A stretch of DNA of 64,000 nucleotides from an uncultured delta proteobacterium (lineage in GTDB: Bacteria > Desulfobacterota > Desulfuromonadia > Desulfuromonadales > JACZKF01), in the NCBI GenBank assembly GCA_963816395.1, contig CAWFKQ010000003.1:18714-82713 (forward strand), in the 5' to 3' direction. The notes below the pieces were generated by a model. The model was not told where the DNA came from. It ran no database searches and saw nothing but the letters and a program-made list of their open reading frames with translations. Shown here one piece after another: positions 54,846 through 64,000 of the stretch; positions within the stretch are counted from its first letter, which is position 1, and every line of letters begins with the position of its first letter. The position numbers were made by a program, and so were the translations under genes.

Positions 54846-54922
54846 GCAGTCAGATAGTGAGGTAGCGAGATAGCGAGGCAGTCTTGTTGTTCATACTGTC
54901 TCGCTAATTTCTATCTCACTGC
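54846..54922. repeat. Octamer array (copy 3) plus inverted partial array between convergent genes
   Basis: gcagtcag atagtgag gtagcgag atagcgag ... ctcgcta ... ctatctcactgc. Confidence 0.75.
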
Positions 54923-57073
54923 CCTTCTGCACTAGTCGCCAGGCCTGGTGGATCTTCGGGTTGCGGGCGAAATCGGGAGGAATGGTGGCGCGGGTGAGGT
55001 CCTCGATTTCGAAGCCGGCGAGGGCGCCGGCATCGAGGCGGAACTTGCGGTAATTGGTGGAGAAGACCAGGGTTCCCCCGGGAACCAGCAGCCGGCCGGC
55101 GGTGCCGATCAGCGCCACGTGGTCGCGCTGGATATCGAAGCTCTGCTGCATGCGCTTGGAGGCGGAGAAGGTGGGGGGATCGAGGAAGATGAGGTCCCAT
55201 CTCCGGCTTTTTTCCGCCTGTTCCGCCAGCCAGGCCAGGCAGTCGGCCTGGATCAGCTCGTGGCGGAGGCCGGTGAAGCCGTTCAGGGCCAGGTTGCGCC
55301 GCGCCCAATCGAGGTAGGTGCGGGACATGTCGACGGAGGTGGTGGCGGCCGCCCCGCCGGCCGCCGCGTGGACAGTGGCGGCGCCGGTATAGGCGAAGAG
55401 ATTGAGGAAGCGTTTTCCCGCCGCCAGTTCGCCGAGCAGTCGCCGGGTGAGGCGATGGTCGAGGAACAGCCCGGTGTCCAGGTAATCGGTGAAGTTGACC
55501 AGGAAACGGCACTCTCCTTCCCGCACCTCGTAGAAACCGCCGCCTTCCCCCTGCTTCTCGTACTGCGCCTTTCCCTTCTGCCGCCGGCGCACCTTGAAGA
55601 AGACGTTGGCCGGCGGGACTTCCAGCATCTCGGGGATGACCGCCAGCGCCTCGCGCAGGCGCGCCTCCGCCTTCTGCGGATCGACGGTGGCCGGCGCCGC
55701 GTACTCCTGGACGTGCGCCCAGCGGTTGGCGTCGCGCTGGAAGAGATCGACGGCAACGGCGTACTCCGGCAGATCGGCATCGTACAGCCGGTAGCAGTCG
55801 ACCCCCTCCCGGCGCGCCCAGCGGCCGAGGCTTTTCAGGTTCTTGCGCAGGCGGTTGGCGAACATCTCCGCCCCGGCGGAGAGACCGGCGGCGGTTGGGC
55901 CGCCGGCGGCCGGCGCCGCCAGCTCGAACTGCAGCAGCCGGCATTCCAGCGGTCCATTGAACAGGGTATCGGTGCGGCCGGGGACCAGCCCGAGACGCAG
56001 CCCCAGCTGTTCGTTGCCGGTGAAGACGGCCGCCCGCCAGCCGCCGAAGCGCCGCCGCAGCACCTCTCCGAGTTTGGCATAGAGCGCCACCAGTTCCTTC
56101 TCCTCGCCCAGCCGCTCGCCATAGGGGGGATTGGCGGCCAGCAGGCCGCCGCCGGCGCCGCGCGGCGCCTCTGCCGCCGAAAGCTCGCGCTTCTCCACGT
56201 GCACCAGGCCGCGCAGCCCGGCCCTTTCCAGGTTGGCCAGGGCGGCGCGCACGGCGGCCGGTTCGGCATCGAAGCCGAGGATGGGGGAAAGGCGCCGCTT
56301 CCCTGCTTCGGCCCGCTCCCGCGCCTCCGCCAGCAGCCCGCTCCAGGCGTCCGGCATCGTGGCCGCGCCAGCCGAAAAAACCGAAATGCGGCCGCAGCAG
56401 GCCGGGAGCGATGTCGGCGGCGATCAGGGCGGCCTCGATCGGCAGCGTCCCGGAGCCGCACAGCGGATCGAGGAAGGCGGCCCCGGCCCGGGCCAGCTCC
56501 GGCCAGCCGGCGAGGAGCAGGATGGCCGCCGCCAGGTTCTCCTTGAGCGGCGCCGCCGCCCCCTCCTCGCGGTAGCCGCGGCGGTGCAGGCTCTCCCCGG
56601 AGAGGTCGAGGCTGACCCGCGCCATAGTCCCGGAAGAGATAGACATTCAGCCGCAGGTCGGGGCGCTCCCGGGCCACCGAAGGGCGCACCCCGAAGCGGT
56701 CGCGGAAGCGATCGACCACGGCATCCTTGACCTTGAGGGCGGCATAATGGGAATGGGTGATCTGCGACTGGGCGAGGGTGAAGTCGACGCTGAGCGTCCC
56801 TTCCGGGGCGAGGTGTTCCTCCCAGGGGAGTTCGCGGATTCCGGCGTAGAGCGCCTCCGGGGTCGGCGCGGCGAAGCGCGCCAGGGGAAGGAGGACGCGG
56901 CTGGCGGTGCGCGACCAGAGGCAGGCGCGGTAGCCGAGCGCCAGCGGACCGCGAAAGGCGACTCCGGCCCGGCCGGCATCGACCGCCGCGGCGCCGAGGG
57001 CGCGCAGTTCGGCCGCCAGCAGGGGTTCCATCCCTCTGGGGGTAGTGGCGAAGAAGTTCAAGGTGGCGGGCAT
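54891..57073 (-). CDS. rlmKL: Bifunctional 23S rRNA m2G2445/m7G2069 methyltransferase (frameshifted)
   Basis: [69 protein letters not shown]. Confidence 0.95.
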
Positions 57074-57119
57074 GTCTCTTCACGGACCTCGCTGAGTGTC
57101 TCGGAGCCCGGCCGGGTCG

Positions 57120-57166
57120 GATCGGACGGATCAGAACCGATCGGTCTGATCCTGCCCGATCCGATG
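57120..57166. repeat. GATCSGWCN nonamer array (copy 4, degenerate)
   Basis: gatcggacg gatcagaacc gatcggtct gatcctgccc gatccga. Confidence 0.7.
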
Positions 57167-57187
57167 CGACCGCAATCGAAGACCATT

Positions 57188-58428
57188 CTACCGCGTGCTG
57201 GCGGCGGGCACAGCTCGAAAAAGCGCGTCCCGTCGGCCAGGGCGCGATAGGCGAGGATGTACAGGGCGGCGTTCCAGGACTGTCCCGGCATCCCCAGCGG
57301 CTTGCCGCTCTTGCCGTGGAACCATTCGTTGAACTCCCAGTCGCCCAGCCGGTTGGCGGCGGCCAGCCGCTCGAGGTTTTCCCACCCCTGCGTTCTCCAT
57401 CCCAGGCGGGCCAGGAGCATGACCCAGAAGCCGCCGGCAAACGGCCAGCAGCCGCCGTTATGGTACTGGAAAGGGTAGTTCTGCCGGTGCCGCTGCATGT
57501 AGCGGCGCCAGAGGGGGCTGTCCTCGCCGATCGGCCGTCCCACCACCCGCACCGGCCATGGGGCATCGACGCCCAGCGCCTTGACTCCTTCGGCGATCTG
57601 CACCGCGCGCGAACTGTCCGCCACCCCGGCCAGGGCCGCCAGCAGGTTGCCCAGAACATCGATATCCTCCCCCCAGAAGGAGAAATTGACGAAACTGAGA
57701 TAGAAGGCGCCGGGGCCGCGTCTTGTTGCGGATATAGTGGGCCAGCAGCCGGGCGCGCCGGTGCTCGGGGACGCTGTTGCCGAAGGGGAAGAAGAGATGA
57801 TTGGCATAGTCGCGGGTGGCGGGCGCCGCCGGCAGCCGGTACAGCCGCTTCACCCAGTACCACAGGGCATTGGTGTAGAGGACGAAGCCGGAGCGCGGCA
57901 TGATGTCCGCCCAGTCGCTGGCCTCATTCTGCTGCAGCAGGCGCCAGACCGGGTGCTCCTGGCAGTGCAGCCAGTGCAGCGCCCGCTCCACCGCCGGCGC
58001 CAGTTCGGCGCCGAGGCCGCCGGCCGTCTGCCGGTCGAACAGGCGAACCGCGATCAGCCACCAGAGGGTGGCGTCGATGCAGCCCGAATACCAGAAGTCG
58101 ACTTCGCCCTTCTCCGGTTTGACGTACTTGGGGATCTGGCCGTTGTCCGCCTGGTGGCGCCCCAGGGTGCGCAGCCCGGCGCGGCCGTGGCGATCAGCTC
58201 GGGCTCGCCGCTGGCGGCCATGCCGAGGGCGCAGATGGCCGCATCCCGCCCGAAGATGCTGGTGTAGTGCCGGCCCGGCCGCCCGCTGCCGCGGCGTGCA
58301 GGCAAGGATGCCGTCGGGGGTGGCATTGCGGCGCAGCAGCTCGAGGGAGCGGGCGTAGCATCGTCGAGAGGATCGCGGTCGATCCGCGGGGTGGCGGCCG
58401 CCGTGGAGGCTGAATCGGGTATCTGCAT
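57188..58428 (-). CDS. Glycoside hydrolase, GH100 (alkaline/neutral invertase)-like; frameshifted
   Basis: Y..IFGRD, DATLWW, LLQQNEASDWAD, D.LGN.LA, YHNGG.WP, EFNEW, QSWNA. Confidence 0.8.
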
Positions 58429-58481
58429 GGCGGCGGCATTGTAACCGCATCCCGGCGCTGCCGCAAGACATCGTATTAAAC

Positions 58482-58700
58482 TGTCGCGAGCAAATAAACT
58501 GTCCGGGCTTGTAGCACAAGGTTTGTCCGGTTCATGGTTAACCCGGAAGGATTGCCATGAAACGGACGCAGTTGCTACAGGAGACCCGGAAAATGCAGTT
58601 CGAAGAAATACTGAACATTTGGACCGAAAGGCGGCTGACCCAAGAGGAGGCGGCCCGCATGTTGGGTGTCACTGACCGAACCTTCCGCCGCTATCTCGCC
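58482..58700 (+). mobile_element. Truncated IS (ISNCY/IS1202-like): left end plus N-terminal HTH of transposase
   Basis: TGT-initiated end with two internal TGTCCGG sites; ORF at 58557 (M.R...LQE.R.M.FEE....W.ERRLTQEEAA.MLGV.DRTFRRY) loses similarity after about 48 aa. Confidence 0.7.
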
Positions 58701-58745
58701 CGGGGTGGATGGATTCCCCGATCCGCAGTTAGCCTCCGAGATAGG

Positions 58746-58771
58746 AAAGGGCCGGGAATCCCGGCCCTTTT
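58746..58771. terminator. Bidirectional terminator
   Basis: aaagggccggg-aat-cccggcccttt. Confidence 0.75.
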
Positions 58772-58798
58772 CAGCAGAGTTCCGCAGGGGAAAATTTT

Positions 58799-58954
58799 TC
58801 AGCCGAGGAAAAGATTCTGATTTCTTATCCTATTGGCCAGAATGGTGGGATCAACGAGCTCGCCGCAGGCGCAGCATTTCCAGGCGTCGAATCCACGAAC
58901 GAAGTCATAGAATCTTTCGGAGTACATTTTTCCTTTGCAGCGGGGGCACTTCAT
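58799..58954 (-). CDS. 51-aa dual-CxxC (zinc-ribbon-like) small protein, below the ORF-track cutoff
   Basis: MKCPRCKGKMYSERFYDFVRGFDAWKCCACGELVDPTILANRIRNQNLFLG; AAGGAGG RBS; terminator downstream. Confidence 0.85.
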   Translation of the reverse strand: MKCPRCKGKMYSERFYDFVRGFDAWKCCACGELVDPTILANRIRNQNLFLG

Positions 58955-59575
58955 GATTTCTTCCTCCTTTTATCATTGGTTATCATTGATCGCTATGGGT
59001 GCTTGAATAAAGACGTTACAGGTTGTCATTTCACCAGTCGTGCCAGTTCCACTGCCCAGCGGCCGAAAGGTTATCGGCGGGAGCTTTGTTGAGGAGACTT
59101 CCTTCGCGGATTCCATGGTTTAAGCAAAGCGTAAATTTTTCCGGGAAGGTGCCGGCTGCGGGTTTTTAGCCCTTGCCGAATCTACCCGCCGACCCGAAGT
59201 CGCCATTTTTTTGGCGTATGGCCTCCATTGGTTCTCCCTCTTCATGCGCTGGCGCCGCAGAGCGAAAGCGAAGTGCGCGGGCGCCCCTTCCCCACCCTTT
59301 AATTAAAGTTCCGCTTGCGAAACGGAGGCTTCCGGGTACGCTCAGCCCAGCACGACGTTTACCGCGGGGAAGCGGCGGCACGGCTGAAAGGTGAGGAAAC
59401 ATGGGCGTCAGATTTCTGGCGGCCAGGAGCGGGAAGCGTCAGAAAATTGATGATAAAGGCGGGGGCTTCTGCGGCGGTCGGCAGTTGCTCCGGACGAAAT
59501 CTCGTTTACTGTTTCAGGAGTCTATTCAGCCCCGCGGGAAGCGCAGCCCTCGCGGGTGCCAGGGGAGGCAGTTCG

Positions 59576-60907
59576 ATGCAGCACCGGGAAGCGGAAACCA
59601 CGGCAGGCGCCGCGCCGCCGCGAATCGTGATCGTCGGCGGCGGCTTTGCCGGCCTGAATGCGGCCAAGGAGCTGAACGGGGCACCGGCCGCCGTCACACT
59701 GCTCGACCGGAACAATTACCACCTCTTCCAGCCCCTGCTCTACCAGGTGGCGACCGCGGTTCTCTCCCCGGCCGATATCGCCTCGCCGATCCGTCACATT
59801 CTGCGCGGCCAGGGGAATGTCAGGGTCGGCCTGGCCGAGGTCGAAGGACTGGATCTGGAGCGGCGGCAGGTCCAACTGGCTGAAGGGGAGGTCGCCTACG
59901 ATTACCTGGTGCTGGCAGCCGGCGCCACCCACTCCTATTTCGGCCATGACGAATGGCGGCTACTCGCTCCGGGCCTGAAAACAGTCGAGGATGCCCTGGA
60001 GATCCGCCGGCGGGTGCTGCTCGCCTATGAGGAAGCCGAGTGGGAGAAGGATGCGGCCGCGCGCCAGGCCAAACTCACTTTCGTGGTGGTGGGGGGCGGC
60101 CCGACCGGGGTGGAGATGGCCGGGGCACTCAAGGAGATCGCCGCCCAGGCGATCCCTCGGGATTTCCGCTTCATCGATACCACGACAGCCCGGGTGATCC
60201 TGGTCGAGGCGGGATTCCGGCTCCTTTCCGGGATGTCGGCGGCCGCCAGCCAGGCCGCCCAGAGACAACTCGAGCAGATGGGGGTGGAGGTGCGCCTGGG
60301 ACATCGGGTGACCGAGGTCCGCCAGGGAGAGGTCTTTTTCGGCGGCGAACGCCTGGCGGCGGGCAATGTCATCTGGGCGGCCGGGGTGCGCGGCTCACCT
60401 CTCGCCCGGAGCCTGGGCGTCCCCCTGGACGGCAGCGGCCGGGTCCTGGTCGAACCCGACCTGTCGGTGCCGGGGCGCCCCGAAGTCTTCGTCATCGGCG
60501 ATCTGGCCCATGCCGTGGATGCGGAGAGAGGCGGTATGGTGCCCGGAGTGGCACCGGCGGCCATCCAGATGGGATGCCATGTGGCGAGGATCATCCGGAA
60601 CGAGCTCACGCCCGGCCGATTACCGGAGAGGGCGGTATTCCGCTACCTGGACAAGGGGACGATGGCGACCATCGGCCGCAACCGGGCCGTGGCCACGATC
60701 CGGGGGTACAACGTGTCGGGATTTGCGGCCTGGCTGCTGTGGTGTTTCGTGCATATCTGGTCGCTGGTGGGGTTCCGCAAGCGGGTCTTCGTCCTCTTCT
60801 CCTGGCTCTGGTCCTACTTCTCCTTTACCAAGAGCGCCCGGCTGATTACCTACGAGCCGCTGGCGGAGGTTAAGGCGCCGCGCGGCATCCTGAAAAACGG
60901 GCACTGA
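59576..60907 (+). CDS. ndh: Type II NADH:quinone oxidoreductase
   Basis: IVGGGFAG, FQPLLYQVAT, GGGPTGVEMAG, IWAAGV, F.Y.DKG.MATIGR. Confidence 0.88.
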   Translation: MQHREAETTAGAAPPRIVIVGGGFAGLNAAKELNGAPAAVTLLDRNNYHLFQPLLYQVATAVLSPADIASPIRHILRGQGNVRVGLAEVEGLDLERRQVQLAEGEVAYDYLVLAAGATHSYFGHDEWRLLAPGLKTVEDALEIRRRVLLAYEEAEWEKDAAARQAKLTFVVVGGGPTGVEMAGALKEIAAQAIPRDFRFIDTTTARVILVEAGFRLLSGMSAAASQAAQRQLEQMGVEVRLGHRVTEVRQGEVFFGGERLAAGNVIWAAGVRGSPLARSLGVPLDGSGRVLVEPDLSVPGRPEVFVIGDLAHAVDAERGGMVPGVAPAAIQMGCHVARIIRNELTPGRLPERAVFRYLDKGTMATIGRNRAVATIRGYNVSGFAAWLLWCFVHIWSLVGFRKRVFVLFSWLWSYFSFTKSARLITYEPLAEVKAPRGILKNGH

Positions 60908-61032
60908 TCAGGCTGATGAAAAATGCCCATCTGCGGCGTTGCCCTCACCCTTCGTCAACAACGTACCTTTCGTTACGCCTTTCTCCTCAGGACTTCAGGC
61001 GCCTTGCATCCGGGCATTTTTGCTCAGCCTGA
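60908..61032. mobile_element. MITE-like non-autonomous element with terminal inverted repeats
   Basis: tcaggctgatgaaaaatgccc ... gggcatttttgctcagcctga, 125 bp, non-coding, between convergent genes. Confidence 0.7.
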
Positions 61033-61092
61033 AACCCGTCAACCCCGTTCAAATGACCAACTGGCAGGATAGCGGCGGTCCCGCCGATTTCT

Positions 61093-62325
61093 CTATTCCG
61101 CGCTCTCCTCCCGCAGGCGGTCCTCGATTATCGGCTCTCCCTTCAGGGTGCGGTGCACGGGACATTTCTCGGCGATTTCCACCAGGCGCTGGCGTTGTTC
61201 TTTCGACAGCGGACCGATGAATTCGAGCTCCCGCTCGAAGCGGTCGATCCGGCGTCCCGCCTCCTCGCACTGGGCGCAGTCCTCGGCGTGCACCCGTTCA
61301 TGGCGCAGGCGCACCACCGCCGCCTGTAGCGGCCACTTCTTGCGCCGGGCGTACATTTGTACGGTCATGCTGGTGCAGGCGCCGAGGGCGGCCAGCAGGT
61401 AGTCGTAAGGCGTCGGCCCCTGCCCGGTGCCGCCGACGGACTCCGGCTCATCCGCCACCAGCCCATGGCCGCGCGCGAAGATTTCGGTGCGGAAACCCTC
61501 GGCCCCGGTGCGCACCGTCACCCGGTTGTCGATCGCCGCCGGCAGCGGCTTGGGTAGCTCATAGGACTCCAGGTAGCGTCCGGCCCAGGCCGCGATTATC
61601 TCGCCGGCGTAGAGGGAGTCTTCTTTCCGGGACAGGAGGTGATCGGCGGTGTCCAGGGAGATGAAGCTTTTCGGGTGCCGGGCCGCCTGGTAGATCTCGG
61701 CGGCATGGTCGATGCCGACGATGCGGTCGCGTGGCGAGTGCATGACCAGCAGGGCGGCATCGAGGCCGCCGATGATCTCCCGGGAGCTGTGCGTCTCGAT
61801 ATCGCGGATGAGCTCCTGGCGGATGGTGAAGGGGCGCCCGGCGATCATGACCGTCGCCTCGCCGGCGCGCTCGATCTCGGCCCGGGAGTCCTTGAGCAGG
61901 TGCATGATGAAGGCGGGTTCCCAGGGGGCGGCGATGGTGACCACCGCCGCCGTCGAGGGGATCTGGCCGGCCGCGTGCAGGACCGCCGTGCCGCCGAGGG
62001 AGTGGCCGACGAGCAGGCGCGGCGCCTCGTAATGCTCCCCCAGATAGCCGGCGGCGGCGACCAGGTCGCTCACCTGGGAGGAGAAGGTCGTCTCGGCAAA
62101 TTCCCCCAGGCTCTCGCCGAGGCCGGTGAAGTCGAAGCGCAGGACGGCGATCCGCCGGCGGCTGAGCGCCCGGGCGATATTTGCGGCGGCGGCGATGTTC
62201 TTGGTGCAGGTGAAGCAGTGGGCAAAAAGCGCATAGGCGACCGGCTGTTCATCCTCCGGCAGATCGAGCAGGGCGGCCAGATCGATTCCTTCGCGATTGC
62301 GGAATGATATTTTTTTCTGCTTCAT
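61093..62325 (-). CDS. Bifunctional alpha/beta-hydrolase-OsmC protein
   Basis: FAHCFTC, GHSLGG, ADEP...GG...GP.PY, LGACTSMT, IAEKCPVH. Confidence 0.92.
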   Translation of the reverse strand: MKQKKISFRNREGIDLAALLDLPEDEQPVAYALFAHCFTCTKNIAAAANIARALSRRRIAVLRFDFTGLGESLGEFAETTFSSQVSDLVAAAGYLGEHYEAPRLLVGHSLGGTAVLHAAGQIPSTAAVVTIAAPWEPAFIMHLLKDSRAEIERAGEATVMIAGRPFTIRQELIRDIETHSSREIIGGLDAALLVMHSPRDRIVGIDHAAEIYQAARHPKSFISLDTADHLLSRKEDSLYAGEIIAAWAGRYLESYELPKPLPAAIDNRVTVRTGAEGFRTEIFARGHGLVADEPESVGGTGQGPTPYDYLLAALGACTSMTVQMYARRKKWPLQAAVVRLRHERVHAEDCAQCEEAGRRIDRFERELEFIGPLSKEQRQRLVEIAEKCPVHRTLKGEPIIEDRLREESAE

Positions 62326-62384
62326 GGTGATGGACCTTTCCCGCGGGTCGCTGGGGGGATTCCCGGCTCCTCTGACGACGTGGA

Positions 62385-63086
62385 TCAGAGCGTCAGGTAC
62401 CCCTCGATTTTATTCAAATCGGAATGGAAACTCTCCTGCGATGAGGCATGGACCACCCGGCCCTTTTCCAGGACATAGCCGCGCTGGGCGTGCTTCATGG
62501 CAAAGCGCAGATTCTGCTCCGTAAGCAGGATGGTCGTCGTCTGCGCCAGGTGGCGGATCAATTCCCCGATCTGCTGGACAATGACCGGCGCCAAACCTTC
62601 GTTCGGCTCATCGAGCAGCAGCAGTTGCGGTTCGCCGGCCAGGGCGCGGGCGATAGCCAGCATCTGCTGCTGCCCGCCACTGAGATAATCGCCGTCCCGA
62701 CGTCGGATCTCCGCCAGCATCGGAAAGGTCTCGTAGATGCGCTCCAGAGGCCAGCGGCGTGCCTTCTCCGGCAACGGCCGACGGGCGACCTCCAGGTTCT
62801 CCTGAACCGTAAGCCGGGGGAAAATCCGCCGGTTTTCATCGACAAAACCGATCCCCAGGCGCGCGATGCGGTGGGGGGACAGGCCGTTGAGCAGCCGCCC
62901 CCGGTAGACGATTCGCCCCTGCCTGGGGGGCGTCAGGCCCATGATGGCGCGCAGGGTGGTGGTTTTGCCGACGCCGTTCCGGCCGAGCAGGCAGACGATC
63001 TCTCCCGGGCGGATCTCCAGATCCACTCCCTGCAGGATATGACTCTCTCCGTAGTAAGCATGCACGTTTTCCATGGTCAGCATCAA
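62385..63086 (-). CDS. livF: Branched-chain amino acid ABC ATPase
   Basis: GRNGVGKTT, LSGGQQQM, LLDEP.EGLAP. Confidence 0.88.
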   Translation of the reverse strand: MMLTMENVHAYYGESHILQGVDLEIRPGEIVCLLGRNGVGKTTTLRAIMGLTPPRQGRIVYRGRLLNGLSPHRIARLGIGFVDENRRIFPRLTVQENLEVARRPLPEKARRWPLERIYETFPMLAEIRRRDGDYLSGGQQQMLAIARALAGEPQLLLLDEPNEGLAPVIVQQIGELIRHLAQTTTILLTEQNLRFAMKHAQRGYVLEKGRVVHASSQESFHSDLNKIEGYLTL

Positions 63087-63842
63087 TCGACCTCGTCTCC
63101 CAGATAGGCGGCGCGCACCTCGGGATGGTTCCTGATCTCCTCGGCCGGACCGTCGGCCAACAACTCGCCATGGTGGAAGACCAGGAGGCGTTCGGCCAGG
63201 CCGAAGACCACGTTCATATCGTGTTCGGTGACCAGGAAAGTATACCGCCCCTCTGCCGCCAGGCTGCGGACCAGACGGATGACGCCATGGGTCTCTTCGG
63301 GCGTCATGCCGGCGGTCGGCTCATCGAGCAGCACCAGCCTGGGCTCGGTGGCCAGGACGATGGCCAGTTCCAGAAGACGCTTATCCCCATAGCTGAGGAT
63401 TCCGGCCCGGGTTCCCGCCCGGTCGGCCAGGCCGAGTCGGTCCAGAAGGGCCAGGGCGCTGGCGGTCAGCTGCCGGTTGCGGCGGACGACCTGCCAGAGA
63501 CGATAGACCCAGGTTGCGGTGGGCGACCAGGGCGACCAGGACATTCTCCAGCACCGTCAATTCGGTGAAGATGTTGGAGATCTGGAAGGACCGGGAGATG
63601 CCGAGCCGATTGATGGCATGGGGCGGCAGGCCGGAGATGACCCGGCCGCGGAAACGTACGCGGCCGCGCGTCGGCCGCAGGCGTCCGGAAAGCAGGTTGT
63701 AGAAGGTCGTCTTACCGGCGCCGTTGGGTCCGATCAGGGCCGTGGTCTGCCCCTCTTTGATCGACAGGGAGACATCCCGCACGGCGACGAAATGTCCGAA
63801 GGCCTTGGTCACCTGTTCCACTTCGAGGAAGGCCGCCGTCAT
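63083..63842 (-). CDS. livG: Branched-chain amino acid ABC ATPase (frameshifted)
   Basis: GPNGAGKTT, RSFQI, LSYG, LDEPTAG, VRAAYLG. Confidence 0.88.
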
Positions 63843-64000
63843 GTGCTCCCCCCAGCCACCGCTCCAGCAGCCCCAGGAGGCCATTCGGCAGGAACAGGAC
63901 CATGACCAGGAGGATGCCTCCCAGGTAGATCATCCATTCGCTGGTGTAGCTGGTGATCAGGGTCCGCAGGCCGAGGAAGACCGCCGAGCCGATCAGGGGG
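63839..64000 (-). CDS. livM: Branched-chain amino acid ABC permease, C-terminal part
   Basis: P.IGSAVF...W.IYLG.IL...VLFLPNGLLG. Confidence 0.75.
   Translation of the reverse strand, partial: PPDRLGGLPRPADPDHQLHQRMDDLPGRHPPGHGPVPAEWPPGAAGAVAGGST

Noticed and set aside
58455..58482. dif/Xer-like target site next to the IS stub
   Set aside because: Only a weak resemblance (cgtattaaac) to a XerD arm; no XerC arm.
9377..63842. Frameshifts in thiL, pepN, rlmKL, livG, nfnAB and others as pseudogenes or programmed frameshifts
   Set aside because: Scattered single-base indels across housekeeping genes fit uncorrected long-read error; no consistent slippery-site signature.
7334..63905. Many long ORFs antisense to or overlapping real genes (e.g. 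24418-27045 +, 39621-41681 -, 19051-20847 +)
   Set aside because: Shadow frames typical of high-GC DNA; no motifs, and they lie opposite well-supported genes.
1..64000. CRISPR array, rRNA, tRNA, GEMM riboswitch
   Set aside because: No repeat-spacer periodicity or consensus motifs found by eye; the short tandem arrays have no spacers.

Overview
GC-rich bacterial chromosome segment. Gene content (Dif-like chemosensory cluster, NfnAB, PAS kinases, repeat families) suggests Desulfuromonas/Desulfuromonadales (inference). Single-base frameshifts occur throughout, even in housekeeping genes, so most broken ORFs are probably long-read errors. Left end (1-7.2 kb): defence island with type I R-M hsdM-hsdS followed by an AT-richer DUF262 / AAA-DUF3696 / uncharacterised-effector trio (Menshen-like). 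Most of the rest is housekeeping and signalling: rimO, apbE, yajQ, lolA, a che cluster, thiL, lon, pepN, nfnAB, rlmKL, ndh and liv genes. The most notable unexplained element is a ~520-nt, ORF-poor, extensively base-paired minus-strand unit at 38.1-38.65 kb with its own sigma70-type promoter and intrinsic terminator, a candidate large non-coding RNA. Other notable items: several families of 7-9-bp tandem-repeat arrays (some arranged as inverted pairs, one inside hsdM), a MITE-like element, an IS stub, an unannotated 51-aa dual-CxxC protein, an internally deleted diguanylate cyclase and a 7-repeat beta-propeller lipoprotein.
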